A program made the position numbers and the translations under genes. 64,000 nt of DNA. It comes from Thermodesulfobacteriota bacterium (GTDB lineage: Bacteria > Desulfobacterota_D > UBA1144 > Nemesobacterales > UBA2774). Of the stretch, positions 10,373-19,057 are shown piece by piece. Position 1 is the first letter of the stretch, and each line of letters opens with the position of its first letter. The stretch spans positions 2,528,001 to 2,592,000 of the forward strand of contig OZ244197.1 of NCBI GenBank assembly GCA_965216785.1, given 5' to 3'. The notes below the pieces were generated by a model. The model made no database searches, was not told the DNA's origin, and saw nothing but the letters and a program-made list of their open reading frames with translations.

Positions 10373-10545
10373 ATTCCGATCGCATATATTAGTCGGTATT
10401 CAATATCAAATCACTATTGACAATATTATGCTAACCTAAATAAAATAGATTTATATACCTTCCGGCCGAGGACAATATGGAACTTTTTATATCTATGAAA
10501 GCCGAGACTTTAAATAAGGGCATATATTTTAAGGAAAGTAGCATT

Positions 10546-10833
10546 ATGCAGATGCCAACGGCGCAATCGGGCGGACACTTCGTAGCTGAATACCGGGAAG
10601 GGGACGAAGAGAAGCTGCAGCTCCTGAACCGTTACGTCGACATACTAAAACAAAAACTAAACGGAAAAGAAGACTTTTTCGTCCAGCAAACCTCCTACGG
10701 TTTCAAGCTCCTTAAACCCGTAGATAACGACATGGAATACATGGAAGCCTGGGAAGACTGGGTAAAATTCACAAGAGGCCTACTTCGTGAGCTTAAAGAA
10801 ATTTTAGGCGAAGACGATTGGGTATTGGATTAA
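10546..10833 (+). CDS. Hypothetical protein (about 95 aa)
   Basis: ORF track 10477-10833. AAGGA lies upstream of the ATG at 10546 and the composition looks protein-like. No recognisable motif. Confidence 0.6.
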   Translation: MQMPTAQSGGHFVAEYREGDEEKLQLLNRYVDILKQKLNGKEDFFVQQTSYGFKLLKPVDNDMEYMEAWEDWVKFTRGLLRELKEILGEDDWVLD

Positions 10834-10895
10834 GCCCTATCTTTTATTGAAGCACGAAAGAGCAAAGCAACTATAGCGCATCCTGGTCCTTTCAC

Positions 10896-10925
10896 TTGAC
10901 ACACATACACAAAACCTATTAGTAT
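10896..10925 (+). promoter_or_regulatory. Sigma70-type promoter for the small ORF
   Basis: TTGACA (10896-10901), 18-nt spacer, TAGTAT (10920-10925). Confidence 0.5.
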
Positions 10926-10975
10926 TGAGGTGTGGGCAACATGTTGTGCAAGCCCGCAACAGGAGGATATAGAAT

Positions 10976-11047
10976 ATGTGGACATTAATCGTAATAGGCT
11001 TAGCTTTCCTCGGCTGGTATATAATCAAGCCGCAAGAGGCTGAGTAA
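10976..11047 (+). CDS. Unannotated 23-aa single-pass membrane micro-protein MWTLIVIGLAFLGWYIIKPQEAE
   Basis: Perfect AGGAGG at 10961-10966, ATG at 10976, 17 hydrophobic/uncharged residues then a polar tail, TAA at 11045-11047. A promoter lies upstream and a hairpin downstream. Confidence 0.65.
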   Translation: MWTLIVIGLAFLGWYIIKPQEAE

Positions 11048-11056
11048 AGGCGCCGC

Positions 11057-11103
11057 GCCTAAAAGCGCTGGGACTTAAGCGCTTTTCAAGGCAGCGTTGT
11101 TTT
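11057..11103 (+). terminator. Putative intrinsic terminator after the small ORF
   Basis: Stem gcct-aaaagcgct / agcgctttt-(ca)-aggc with an 8-nt loop, followed by ttgtttt. Confidence 0.5.
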
Positions 11104-11277
11104 ATCATATTTCATACCGGAGCTTCCTTTAGCAATTAAGCCCCGCTTTATTTGCTTTTCCCCGTATTTTTGCTAATATTTTCTGGCAATTAAACCAAGC
11201 CAAATAGACACTCTACAGGTATAATTCAATTCCGAATTTATAAGTCCGTAAGGGCAATTTAGGAGACTAATCACCCG

Positions 11278-14124
11278 ATGTCAGAGGCCAAGAAAATTAA
11301 TTATAAAGACACTCTCAACCTCCCGAGGACCAGCTTCCCCATGAAGGCGAACCTGAGCCAGAAAGAGCCCGAGTATCAGAAAAGATGGACCAATATTAAC
11401 CTTTACGAGAGAATGAGGGATAAATCTAAAGGTGAGGATAAATTCATTTTCCACGACGGTCCGCCATACGCGAACGGCCCCATTCACCTTGGCCATCTGC
11501 TAAATAAAGTGCTTAAGGACATAGTAGTACGCTCAAAAACCATGCTCGGATACGACGTGGAATTTGTGCCGGGCTGGGACTGCCACGGGCTTCCCATAGA
11601 GCACAAAGTGCTAAAAGAGCTTGGCGAGGAGGCAAAAGAGCTATCAAAGCTCAAGATAAGATACAAGTGCCAATCCTACGCACAAAAATACGTCAAGCTC
11701 CAGTCAAAACAGATGCAAAAGCTAGGCACAATCGGAAATTACGAGCACCCGTACCTTACTATGACGCCCGATTATGAAGCGGGGGTTCTGGAAGTATTCT
11801 CAAAACTTTTAGAGAGGGACCTGGTATACCGCGATCTAAAACCCGTTCACTGGTCGATCGAGAATCGTACTGCGCTTGCGGACGCAGAGCTTGAGTACTA
11901 CGACAGAAAAGACAGGAGCGTATATGTATTATTCAAGGTAGAAAACCCGGGGTCTTTGCCCGGGAGCCTTGCTCTTCCCGCAGGTGAGAAACCAAGCCTT
12001 ATGATCTGGACCACCACCCCCTGGACTCTGCCCGCGAACCTCGCAGTGGCCGTCTCTGCGGATGGAGACTACGGACTATATAAAATAGAAAAAGACGGAT
12101 CTACTCATTACGCCCTACTGGTAGACAACCTTGCCGAGTCGGTTTTTAAAAAATCAGGCGCGGATAATTTCACAAAACTCGGCTCGTGCAAAGGAAGCGA
12201 GCTCTCAAAGAACTCTATAACGTACATTCACCCGTTCGCCGGGCGCACCGGCACCGTGGTCACAGCGGACTACGTCACATTCGAAGACGGCACAGGGCTG
12301 GTGCACACTGCCCCCGGACACGGAGTCGAGGACTATCAGACCGGGCTTAAGGAAGGGCTTCAGATATACTGCCCGGTCCTTGGAGACGGTACTTTCGACG
12401 ACACAGTTCCCGAGTGGATTAGGGGCGTGGATGTATGGAAAGGGAACGAAATAATAACGGAGCACTTAAGGGAGTCAGGAAATTTATTTCACGATGAAGA
12501 GTTCACCCACAGCTACCCTCACGACTGGAGGAGCAAGACCCCTACAATCTTCCGCGCAACGGAGCAGTGGTTCGTCAGCGTTGACAAAACTATCGATGAG
12601 TACGGAAAGAGCCTCAGGGAGCTAGGACTCGACAGCACGGAACAAGGTGTTACGTTCTATCCCGATTGGGGAAAGAACAGACTCAGGGGAATGCTCGAAT
12701 CCCGCCCCGACTGGTGCATCAGCCGACAGCGCGCATGGGGGCTTCCGATTCCGGCGTTCATAAATGACGACGGCCAGGCAGTGATAACCTCAGACCTTCT
12801 AAAAGTAATAACTGATAAGATAAGAGAAAAGGGAGCGAACTACTGGTTTCAGGCAGAGGACCATGAGCTGCTCGAAGGATACGATCCCAATAAGGACAGC
12901 GAGGCGCCCGATTGGGTAAAAGAAGAGGGCGCTCTCGACAAGCTAAAACGCGGAACGGATATATTTGACGTATGGTTTGAGTCGGGCTCCTCTTGGCATT
13001 CTGTGCTGCAGCAAAGAAAGATAGGCTACCCTGCAGACCTTTACCTGGAAGGTTCTGACCAGCACAGGGGCTGGTTCCAGCTCTCGCTGCTCCCGGCTTT
13101 AGGAGTAACGGGCGTACCGCCCTTCAAGGCCCTTCTTACACACGGATTCATGGTTGACGCCGAAGGCAGGAAGATGAGCAAATCAGGAGGGAACGCCCTT
13201 GAAGTCGAAGAGCTTTTAAAACAGCACGGAGCCGACATCTGCCGCTGGTGGGTGAGCTCACTCAAATACACTAACGACATAAAAGTAGACTGGGAGTTCT
13301 TTAAAGTCGCAGGAGACGAGTACAGAAAAGTAAGAAACACCATCAGATTTTTACTCGGCAATCTTGAAGGATTCGACCCCGAAAAAGACGCTGTGGAGTT
13401 TACCGAAGAGGATAAGTTCTCGATAGACAGCTGGGCAATGGGCGAGCTTAAGAAATTCGTCGCCGAAACAAAAGAGGCGTATGAGGGTTTTCAATATAAA
13501 AGGGCAAATGAGCTGATATTCCATTTCTGCTACGAGATCCTAAGCGCAGTCTACCTGGCCGCTACAAAAGACCGCCTATACTGTGAGAAAGAAGACTCCA
13601 GAAAGAGACGCCGCTCCCAGACCGTTATGTATAGGATTGCAGACTCTCTCATCAGGCTCTTGAGCCCGATACTTGTACACAGCGCCGACGAGGCTTATCT
13701 GAGCTTAAAAGGCGAGGGCACAGATTCAGGGCTATCCGTACACCTTGCGGGTATGCCCGAGGATATAGATGCCGAGATTGACGACAGGTGGGACGACGTA
13801 ATGGACCTCCGCTCGAAAATCCTAAAAGCGCTTGAGGAGACAAAAGAGACTGGCGGTGTAAGCAATCCACTAGACGCGGGTGTAGTAATAACTCTCGGCA
13901 GTGAATCCTATGCGCGCATAAAGCCGTTTGAAGAAGAGCTTGCCGATCTGTCCGGAGTTAGCAGAGCCGAGCTTTCCGAAGGGGAGACAGCAGAGGTCAC
14001 TGTAAACGACCTGAGCGACGAGCCCCGCTGCGAGCGCTCGTGGAAAAGGGACGGTACGGTAAAAGAACGCTCAGACGGCGGCTTTCTATCTGACCGCGAC
14101 GCAAAAGCCCTGGGACTTCTCTAA
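11278..14124 (+). CDS. ileS: Isoleucine--tRNA ligase
   Basis: YKDTLNLPRTSFPMKANL, HDGPPYANGPIHLGH, WTTTPWT, EGSDQHRGWF, KMSKS. Confidence 0.97.
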   Translation: MSEAKKINYKDTLNLPRTSFPMKANLSQKEPEYQKRWTNINLYERMRDKSKGEDKFIFHDGPPYANGPIHLGHLLNKVLKDIVVRSKTMLGYDVEFVPGWDCHGLPIEHKVLKELGEEAKELSKLKIRYKCQSYAQKYVKLQSKQMQKLGTIGNYEHPYLTMTPDYEAGVLEVFSKLLERDLVYRDLKPVHWSIENRTALADAELEYYDRKDRSVYVLFKVENPGSLPGSLALPAGEKPSLMIWTTTPWTLPANLAVAVSADGDYGLYKIEKDGSTHYALLVDNLAESVFKKSGADNFTKLGSCKGSELSKNSITYIHPFAGRTGTVVTADYVTFEDGTGLVHTAPGHGVEDYQTGLKEGLQIYCPVLGDGTFDDTVPEWIRGVDVWKGNEIITEHLRESGNLFHDEEFTHSYPHDWRSKTPTIFRATEQWFVSVDKTIDEYGKSLRELGLDSTEQGVTFYPDWGKNRLRGMLESRPDWCISRQRAWGLPIPAFINDDGQAVITSDLLKVITDKIREKGANYWFQAEDHELLEGYDPNKDSEAPDWVKEEGALDKLKRGTDIFDVWFESGSSWHSVLQQRKIGYPADLYLEGSDQHRGWFQLSLLPALGVTGVPPFKALLTHGFMVDAEGRKMSKSGGNALEVEELLKQHGADICRWWVSSLKYTNDIKVDWEFFKVAGDEYRKVRNTIRFLLGNLEGFDPEKDAVEFTEEDKFSIDSWAMGELKKFVAETKEAYEGFQYKRANELIFHFCYEILSAVYLAATKDRLYCEKEDSRKRRRSQTVMYRIADSLIRLLSPILVHSADEAYLSLKGEGTDSGLSVHLAGMPEDIDAEIDDRWDDVMDLRSKILKALEETKETGGVSNPLDAGVVITLGSESYARIKPFEEELADLSGVSRAELSEGETAEVTVNDLSDEPRCERSWKRDGTVKERSDGGFLSDRDAKALGLL

Positions 14125-14125
14125 T

Positions 14126-14162
14126 GTCATTGCGAGGGAGCAAAGCGACCGCGGCAATCCCC
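14126..14162 (+). repeat. 37-nt palindromic extragenic repeat (REP/RPE-like), copy 1
   Basis: gtcattgcgagggagcaaagcgaccgcggcaatcccc; its flanks are identical to the copy at 39435. Confidence 0.75.
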
Positions 14163-14192
14163 ACTAATCCAGGCACTAAATGAATCCATGTG

Positions 14193-14534
14193 CTATCCAG
14201 GCGGCCACTCCATCTGCCTGCCGCCAAGCAGGTGAACGTGCATGTGCTCGACCTCCTGCCCACCTTCTTTATTTGTATTCAGCACCAGCCTGTAACCTGA
14301 CTCCGACACACCCATGTCTCTTGCGATCTGTGAAGCCCTGAGCAGCATATGTCCCAGTAGACCCTTATTATCTTCACTCGCTTCGGCAAGCGAGACAATT
14401 TCTTTCTTGGGGATAATAAGTACGTGCACGGGGGCCTGTGGATCTATGTCCTTAAACGCTAGGCAAAGATCATCCTCGTACACGATGTCCGCTGGAATCT
14501 CTTTATCAATAATCTTCTTGAATACCGTACTCAT
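14193..14534 (-). CDS. hinT: Histidine triad nucleotide-binding protein (HinT/PKCI type)
   Basis: MSTVFKKIIDKEIPADIVYEDD, HMHVHLLGGR HIT motif, C-terminal WPPG. Confidence 0.92.
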   Translation of the reverse strand: MSTVFKKIIDKEIPADIVYEDDLCLAFKDIDPQAPVHVLIIPKKEIVSLAEASEDNKGLLGHMLLRASQIARDMGVSESGYRLVLNTNKEGGQEVEHMHVHLLGGRQMEWPPG

Positions 14535-14535
14535 G

Positions 14536-15609
14536 TTAATCCTCCGGCAATTTAATGTTCGGCCACTTTGCAATCGAATCCGTAGACTTAACTATATTTA
14601 TACCTGCCTCCCGGAACTCTTGAAAAGAGCTATCGGCCTCATCTGTATAGTCTATAACCCCGGGTACGACTATGGGCGTCATACAGTCTTCCAATACATA
14701 TATCTTCTCCGTAAGCTTACTGTCCCTTACCGCTACACAATCCAGAAGGTCTGCAATGGTCCAGGCGATGCAGTGGCTCTTTGCCTGTCCAGCGATAATC
14801 ACAGCGTCGTAATCGATTAGCTTCTGAAATATTGCCTCAGACGTCCCCGGCTTTTGAAAGAGCGACTCGCTCCTTATGGATAGTGGCTCACCCCCGGGTC
14901 CTGAAGATACTTCGGGAGCAAGCACTGAATAGTGTTCGGTAACAGGGTTATCGCCCTTAACGTGGATATCCGGCTGGCTTAGCCTCGCGATAGTGTGAAA
15001 AAACATTGCTTCTTCAAACGATGGTACGAGTGCGTGACCGATCCCCCCAAGCATTGCATGATAGGGCCATATTGTAAGCTCGTATTTCCCGGATTTTTTA
15101 AGCTCTTCCGTATAATGAAGTATTTGGTGTTCTATGTAATCCCCGGAATAGCTCACATCGTGCGTGAGCTTCATGTTAAACTTCCACTTGCCTTCCCTAA
15201 TGTCGTCTTCAGTTATATGAGTGTATGGCGCCGGGTGCTCGCCAAGATCGTTAACAAAGAATATGCTGTGGAAGATCTGCATCGCCTGGTGCGTATCCAT
15301 AGTGGGAACAATCTCGGTAATCATGTTGAGATTCCTGTATATGAACTCCGTAAGCCTCCTGTTATCTTCTACTGCCCCTGTGCCTGACCGCCCTCCGACA
15401 AATAGCTCGAAACCAGGAATACAGAACGTATTTTGAACGTCTACAGCTATAAGGCATACACGGAAGTCATCATTTGAAGACGGGCTTATATCATGCTCAA
15501 CTGCCCAAGCCGATGCGGTGCTTGCGATTTCCTGATACTCCACCCGCCATACCCGAGAGACTTTTTCGGGGTCGTAGTGTGAGGGGACAGGAAGCTCTTT
15601 ATTTGCCAT
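14536..15609 (-). CDS. Isochorismatase/nicotinamidase-family cysteine hydrolase
   Basis: VDVQNTFC, TMDTH, WPYH, KG, AGQAKSHC catalytic Cys. Confidence 0.8.
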   Translation of the reverse strand: MANKELPVPSHYDPEKVSRVWRVEYQEIASTASAWAVEHDISPSSNDDFRVCLIAVDVQNTFCIPGFELFVGGRSGTGAVEDNRRLTEFIYRNLNMITEIVPTMDTHQAMQIFHSIFFVNDLGEHPAPYTHITEDDIREGKWKFNMKLTHDVSYSGDYIEHQILHYTEELKKSGKYELTIWPYHAMLGGIGHALVPSFEEAMFFHTIARLSQPDIHVKGDNPVTEHYSVLAPEVSSGPGGEPLSIRSESLFQKPGTSEAIFQKLIDYDAVIIAGQAKSHCIAWTIADLLDCVAVRDSKLTEKIYVLEDCMTPIVVPGVIDYTDEADSSFQEFREAGINIVKSTDSIAKWPNIKLPED

Positions 15610-15722
15610 AGGGTCTTATACCTGTGTAGATTGATATAATTGTATAACGGAATTGACATTATATGAGCCAGTGGCAATAATCAAGTTTATAATGCTTAAA
15701 TCCGAGGTCCTACACTTACCCA

Positions 15723-16505
15723 ATGCCTAAAAGACTCGAAAAAAGAGGTATTAAAGCCTATATATTCGTCACCTGCCTTGTGGACACGTTCTTTCCCGAT
15801 GTGGGAGTGAGCATGGTAAGGGTGCTAGACAGGTTAGGCGTGGAAACCGTATTTCTGAACGATCAGACATGCTGCGGACAACCCGCTTTTAACAGCGGAT
15901 ACCAGGACGATGCTCGAGTCGTGGCAGAAAGGTTCCTCAAGGTGTTCGAAAAGGCGGTAAATGACAGTTCGGGGAAGGACATTTACATAGTTTGCCCGTC
16001 CGGATCGTGCACATCCATGATTAAAGTGTTTTATAAAGAACTATTCCATAATAGTCCGACATTATTGAATATTATTGATAAGATATCGGACATGACATAT
16101 GAATTCACGGATTTTTTGGTAAATGTGCTAAATATTACGGACGTGGGGGCAGAATACAGTGGTGTACTGACGTATCACGACTCCTGTCATATGCTGAGAG
16201 AGCTAGGGGTAAACGATGCCCCCAGACAGCTAATCCGCTCCGTAAAGGGGGCGGAATTCAAGGAAATGGAGATGCATGACGCCTGCTGCGGCTTCGGGGG
16301 CACATTTTCTGTAAAATTCCCCGAGGTTTCGGTCTCAATGCTTGATGAGAAAATCCACTGTATTGAAAAATCCGGAGCAGACACTGTGGTTTCGGCGGAT
16401 ATGGGGTGCCTGATGAACATCGGCGGGGCGCTCAGCAGGAGAAATATCCCCGTAAAAGTCATGCACATCGCGGATTTACTTGCTAGCCATGGGGAAAAAG
16501 CTTAA
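15723..16505 (+). CDS. lutA: Lactate utilization protein A (CCG-domain Fe-S oxidoreductase)
   Basis: TCLVD, QTCCGQPAFNSG, YHDSCH, CCGFGGTFSVK, GCLMNI. Confidence 0.9.
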   Translation: MPKRLEKRGIKAYIFVTCLVDTFFPDVGVSMVRVLDRLGVETVFLNDQTCCGQPAFNSGYQDDARVVAERFLKVFEKAVNDSSGKDIYIVCPSGSCTSMIKVFYKELFHNSPTLLNIIDKISDMTYEFTDFLVNVLNITDVGAEYSGVLTYHDSCHMLRELGVNDAPRQLIRSVKGAEFKEMEMHDACCGFGGTFSVKFPEVSVSMLDEKIHCIEKSGADTVVSADMGCLMNIGGALSRRNIPVKVMHIADLLASHGEKA

Positions 16506-16507
16506 TT

Positions 16508-17959
16508 ATGTCCTTTGAAAAAGTAGCGTTTGAAAAAGACTCCTCGAAAGCACTGAGAGATAAAAAGCTCAGAAAAGCTCTGGTTAATGTTACAGACCGC
16601 TTCAGAGCCGCAAGACTTAGAGCCTCGAGCCAAGTCGTTGACTGGAACGAGCTCAGGGCGCGCGGCAGAGAGATCAAGAAGGGAACCATTGAGAACCTGG
16701 ATAAATACCTCTGTATGCTCGAGGAGAGCGTTAAGAGGGCAGGGGGCAAGGTGCATTGGGCCAAGGACGCGTCAGAGGCGTGTGAGATCATCGTAAACAT
16801 TGCGCGCGAGGGTGAGGTTAGCTCGGTAGTCAAGAGTAAGTCCATGGCCACAGAGGAGATTGAGCTTAACTCAGCGTTTGAAAAAAGCGGCATAAAAGTG
16901 GTCGAGACCGATCTTGGAGAGTACATAATCCAGCTTGCCGGTGAGCACCCATCACACATCATCGCCCCCGCGATACATAAAACCAAGGACGATATTTCGG
17001 AGCTATTCTCAGAGAAGCTGGGCATACCCCATTACGATGAGGCTGAGCAGCTGACAAAGGTCGCGAGAGAGAGACTTAGGAGCGAGTTCTTAAATGCCGG
17101 CATGGGAGTATCAGGCGCGAACTTTGCCGTGGCCGAGACAGGAACTATTGTCATAGTAGAGAATGAGGGGAACGCGAGGCTCACGACCACAGTGCCGAGG
17201 ATCCACGTAGCACTTGTGGGAATAGAAAAGCTTGTTCCCCGCTTTGAGGACCTGTCTCTTTTTCTGACGCTACTTGCAAGGAGCGCCACGGGGCAGAAAT
17301 CCTCCACCTATGTCTCGTTCATCACAGGACCCAAGAGAGAAACAGACACGGACGGCCCTGAGGAGTTTCACCTGGTGCTGCTAGACAACGGACGCTCTGG
17401 GATTCTCGCTTCAGATGAGACCAGGGAATCGCTCTATTGCATCAGGTGCGGCGCGTGCCTTAACAACTGCCCTGTGTACAGGCAAGTGGGGGGGCATTCG
17501 TACGGCTGGGTCTACTCGGGCCCGATTGGAGCGATCATTAACCCTCAGCTTATGGGTATAGACAAAGCTCCCGAGCTGCCGTTCGCCTCGTCCCTTTGCG
17601 GTGCGTGCAGAGACGTCTGCCCAGTAAAGATCGATTTCCCCAAAGTGCTATTAGATCTCAGAAAGCAGGTAGTCGAGAAAAAGGGTAAGCAAAACAGGGT
17701 AGGGGGTCATTTGTTTGAGTCGCTCGGAATAAAGCTCTGGCGATTCGTCGTTCAGAACAGAGCGCTGTATGAGATGGCTAATAAGACTGCCTACTATTTA
17801 CAGATGCCCTGGAAGAAAGGTAATAGGAATTTAAACTCGCTACCGTACCCGTTCTCCAGATGGACAGATGAAAGAGACTTCCCGCAGGTCGCGAAAGAGT
17901 CTTTCAGGAATAGATGGGAGAAAATTAAGCAGGAGTTAGCGGAGCATTCAAAAGCATGA
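16508..17959 (+). CDS. lutB: Lactate utilization protein B (LUD domain plus 4Fe-4S)
   Basis: KSKSMATEE, ETDLGEYIIQL, CIRCGACLNNCPVY, SSLCGACRDVCPV. Confidence 0.92.
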   Translation: MSFEKVAFEKDSSKALRDKKLRKALVNVTDRFRAARLRASSQVVDWNELRARGREIKKGTIENLDKYLCMLEESVKRAGGKVHWAKDASEACEIIVNIAREGEVSSVVKSKSMATEEIELNSAFEKSGIKVVETDLGEYIIQLAGEHPSHIIAPAIHKTKDDISELFSEKLGIPHYDEAEQLTKVARERLRSEFLNAGMGVSGANFAVAETGTIVIVENEGNARLTTTVPRIHVALVGIEKLVPRFEDLSLFLTLLARSATGQKSSTYVSFITGPKRETDTDGPEEFHLVLLDNGRSGILASDETRESLYCIRCGACLNNCPVYRQVGGHSYGWVYSGPIGAIINPQLMGIDKAPELPFASSLCGACRDVCPVKIDFPKVLLDLRKQVVEKKGKQNRVGGHLFESLGIKLWRFVVQNRALYEMANKTAYYLQMPWKKGNRNLNSLPYPFSRWTDERDFPQVAKESFRNRWEKIKQELAEHSKA

Positions 17960-18648
17960 GTAACCAATCACGAGAGGAAATATTGCATAAAGTACGTAAG
18001 GGTCTATCAACCGTACAGGACACTGCGCAGATCCTTCCTGACGACAGAGATTTCTCTAAAGAGGCTAAGGAATTAGCAGAGAACCTCACTAATCTGCAAG
18101 ATAAACTCGTCGAGCAATTTACGGCAGAGGTAGAAAATGTAAACACAACTGTCTTAAGAGCTCAGAATTCAAAGAAGCTCATACAATCTATTGCTAAGCT
18201 CACGAAAGAAAAGCAGGCGAAATCTTTCGCGGTCTGGGAAACCTCTTATCTAAAAGAGCTCGGACTGAAAGAGACGCTGAAAAAAGAAGGGTTAAAACTC
18301 GTAACCGTGAAGAACAAAAACCGCCTCGCCAAAGCTGACATCGGTATCACGGAAATAGACTACGCCATAGCCGATACCGGCACGCTTGTGCTGCTCACGG
18401 ATAGAAATCAGCCACGCGGGGTGTCACTGCTGCCGCCGATACATTTGGCAATAGTGCGTCCTGAAAACATAGTCGGCAATATCAGAGAGCTGTTTATTTT
18501 GCTGAAAGATAGGATCGATAGATCAGGAGATATTAAAAGCTGTATGACGTTTATAACAGGCCCCAGCAGAACCGCAGACATAGAGCTTAACCTCACACTC
18601 GGAGTCCACGGCCCGAAAGAGCTGTTTGTCATTATAACAAAATCCTAA
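17956..18648 (+). CDS. lutC: Lactate utilization protein C (LUD domain)
   Basis: AIADTGTL, SLLPPIH, ITGPSRTADIELNLTLGVHGP; 4-nt overlap with lutB. Confidence 0.9.
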   Translation: MSNQSREEILHKVRKGLSTVQDTAQILPDDRDFSKEAKELAENLTNLQDKLVEQFTAEVENVNTTVLRAQNSKKLIQSIAKLTKEKQAKSFAVWETSYLKELGLKETLKKEGLKLVTVKNKNRLAKADIGITEIDYAIADTGTLVLLTDRNQPRGVSLLPPIHLAIVRPENIVGNIRELFILLKDRIDRSGDIKSCMTFITGPSRTADIELNLTLGVHGPKELFVIITKS

Positions 18649-18671
18649 TTAACAAGCCATATGGTATCTTC

Positions 18672-19046
18672 TTAAAAACAGACAAACTGCACTTCTGGAT
18701 CAGAACTAATTAGCCCTGTTGGCATTCCGTTCATACCAATCTCTATCTCACTGAAAAAACGTAATGTGCCACAGTCAAGGGTATTACAATCTATAGAGAT
18801 ACATTCACTATCCTCTGGTGGGATAAAAAAATCTGCGGCTAACGAAATCCCACTGTCATCAGGTGGGAATGTTGCGCCACAAAAAAATGGTTCACAGACA
18901 TTAATTATATCTTCAGCCAGACATTCCGAATTCATTATTTTCTCATTTGGTACACAATCTATATTATCGCTACTCCCATTATCACTACACCCGCCGTACA
19001 ACGAGATTAGCAACAAAGGAACAATTAGATAAGCAATAAACTTAAT
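18672..19046 (-). CDS. Cys-rich predicted lipoprotein, probable ATT start
   Basis: Lipobox LYGGC. An in-frame upstream extension completes a signal peptide (IKFIAYLIVPLLLISLYGGC) behind TAAGGAGG. It is paralogous to the C-terminal part of the next gene. Confidence 0.7.
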   Translation of the reverse strand: MKFIAYLIVPLLLISLYGGCSDNGSSDNIDCVPNEKIMNSECLAEDIINVCEPFFCGATFPPDDSGISLAADFFIPPEDSECISIDCNTLDCGTLRFFSEIEIGMNGMPTGLISSDPEVQFVCF

Positions 19047-19057
19047 TATCCGCCTCC

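Noticed and set aside
10837-11028. 63-aa minus-strand ORF in the track
   Set aside because: It has no RBS and an implausible composition, and it overlaps the better supported + strand micro-ORF with promoter and AGGAGG.
11100-11277. Possible T-box leader upstream of ileS
   Set aside because: No T-box consensus (GGTGGTACCGCG-like) or specifier stem is visible.
14126-14162. 37-nt palindromic repeat as a CRISPR repeat
   Set aside because: The two copies are 25 kb apart, with no spacer array and no cas genes.
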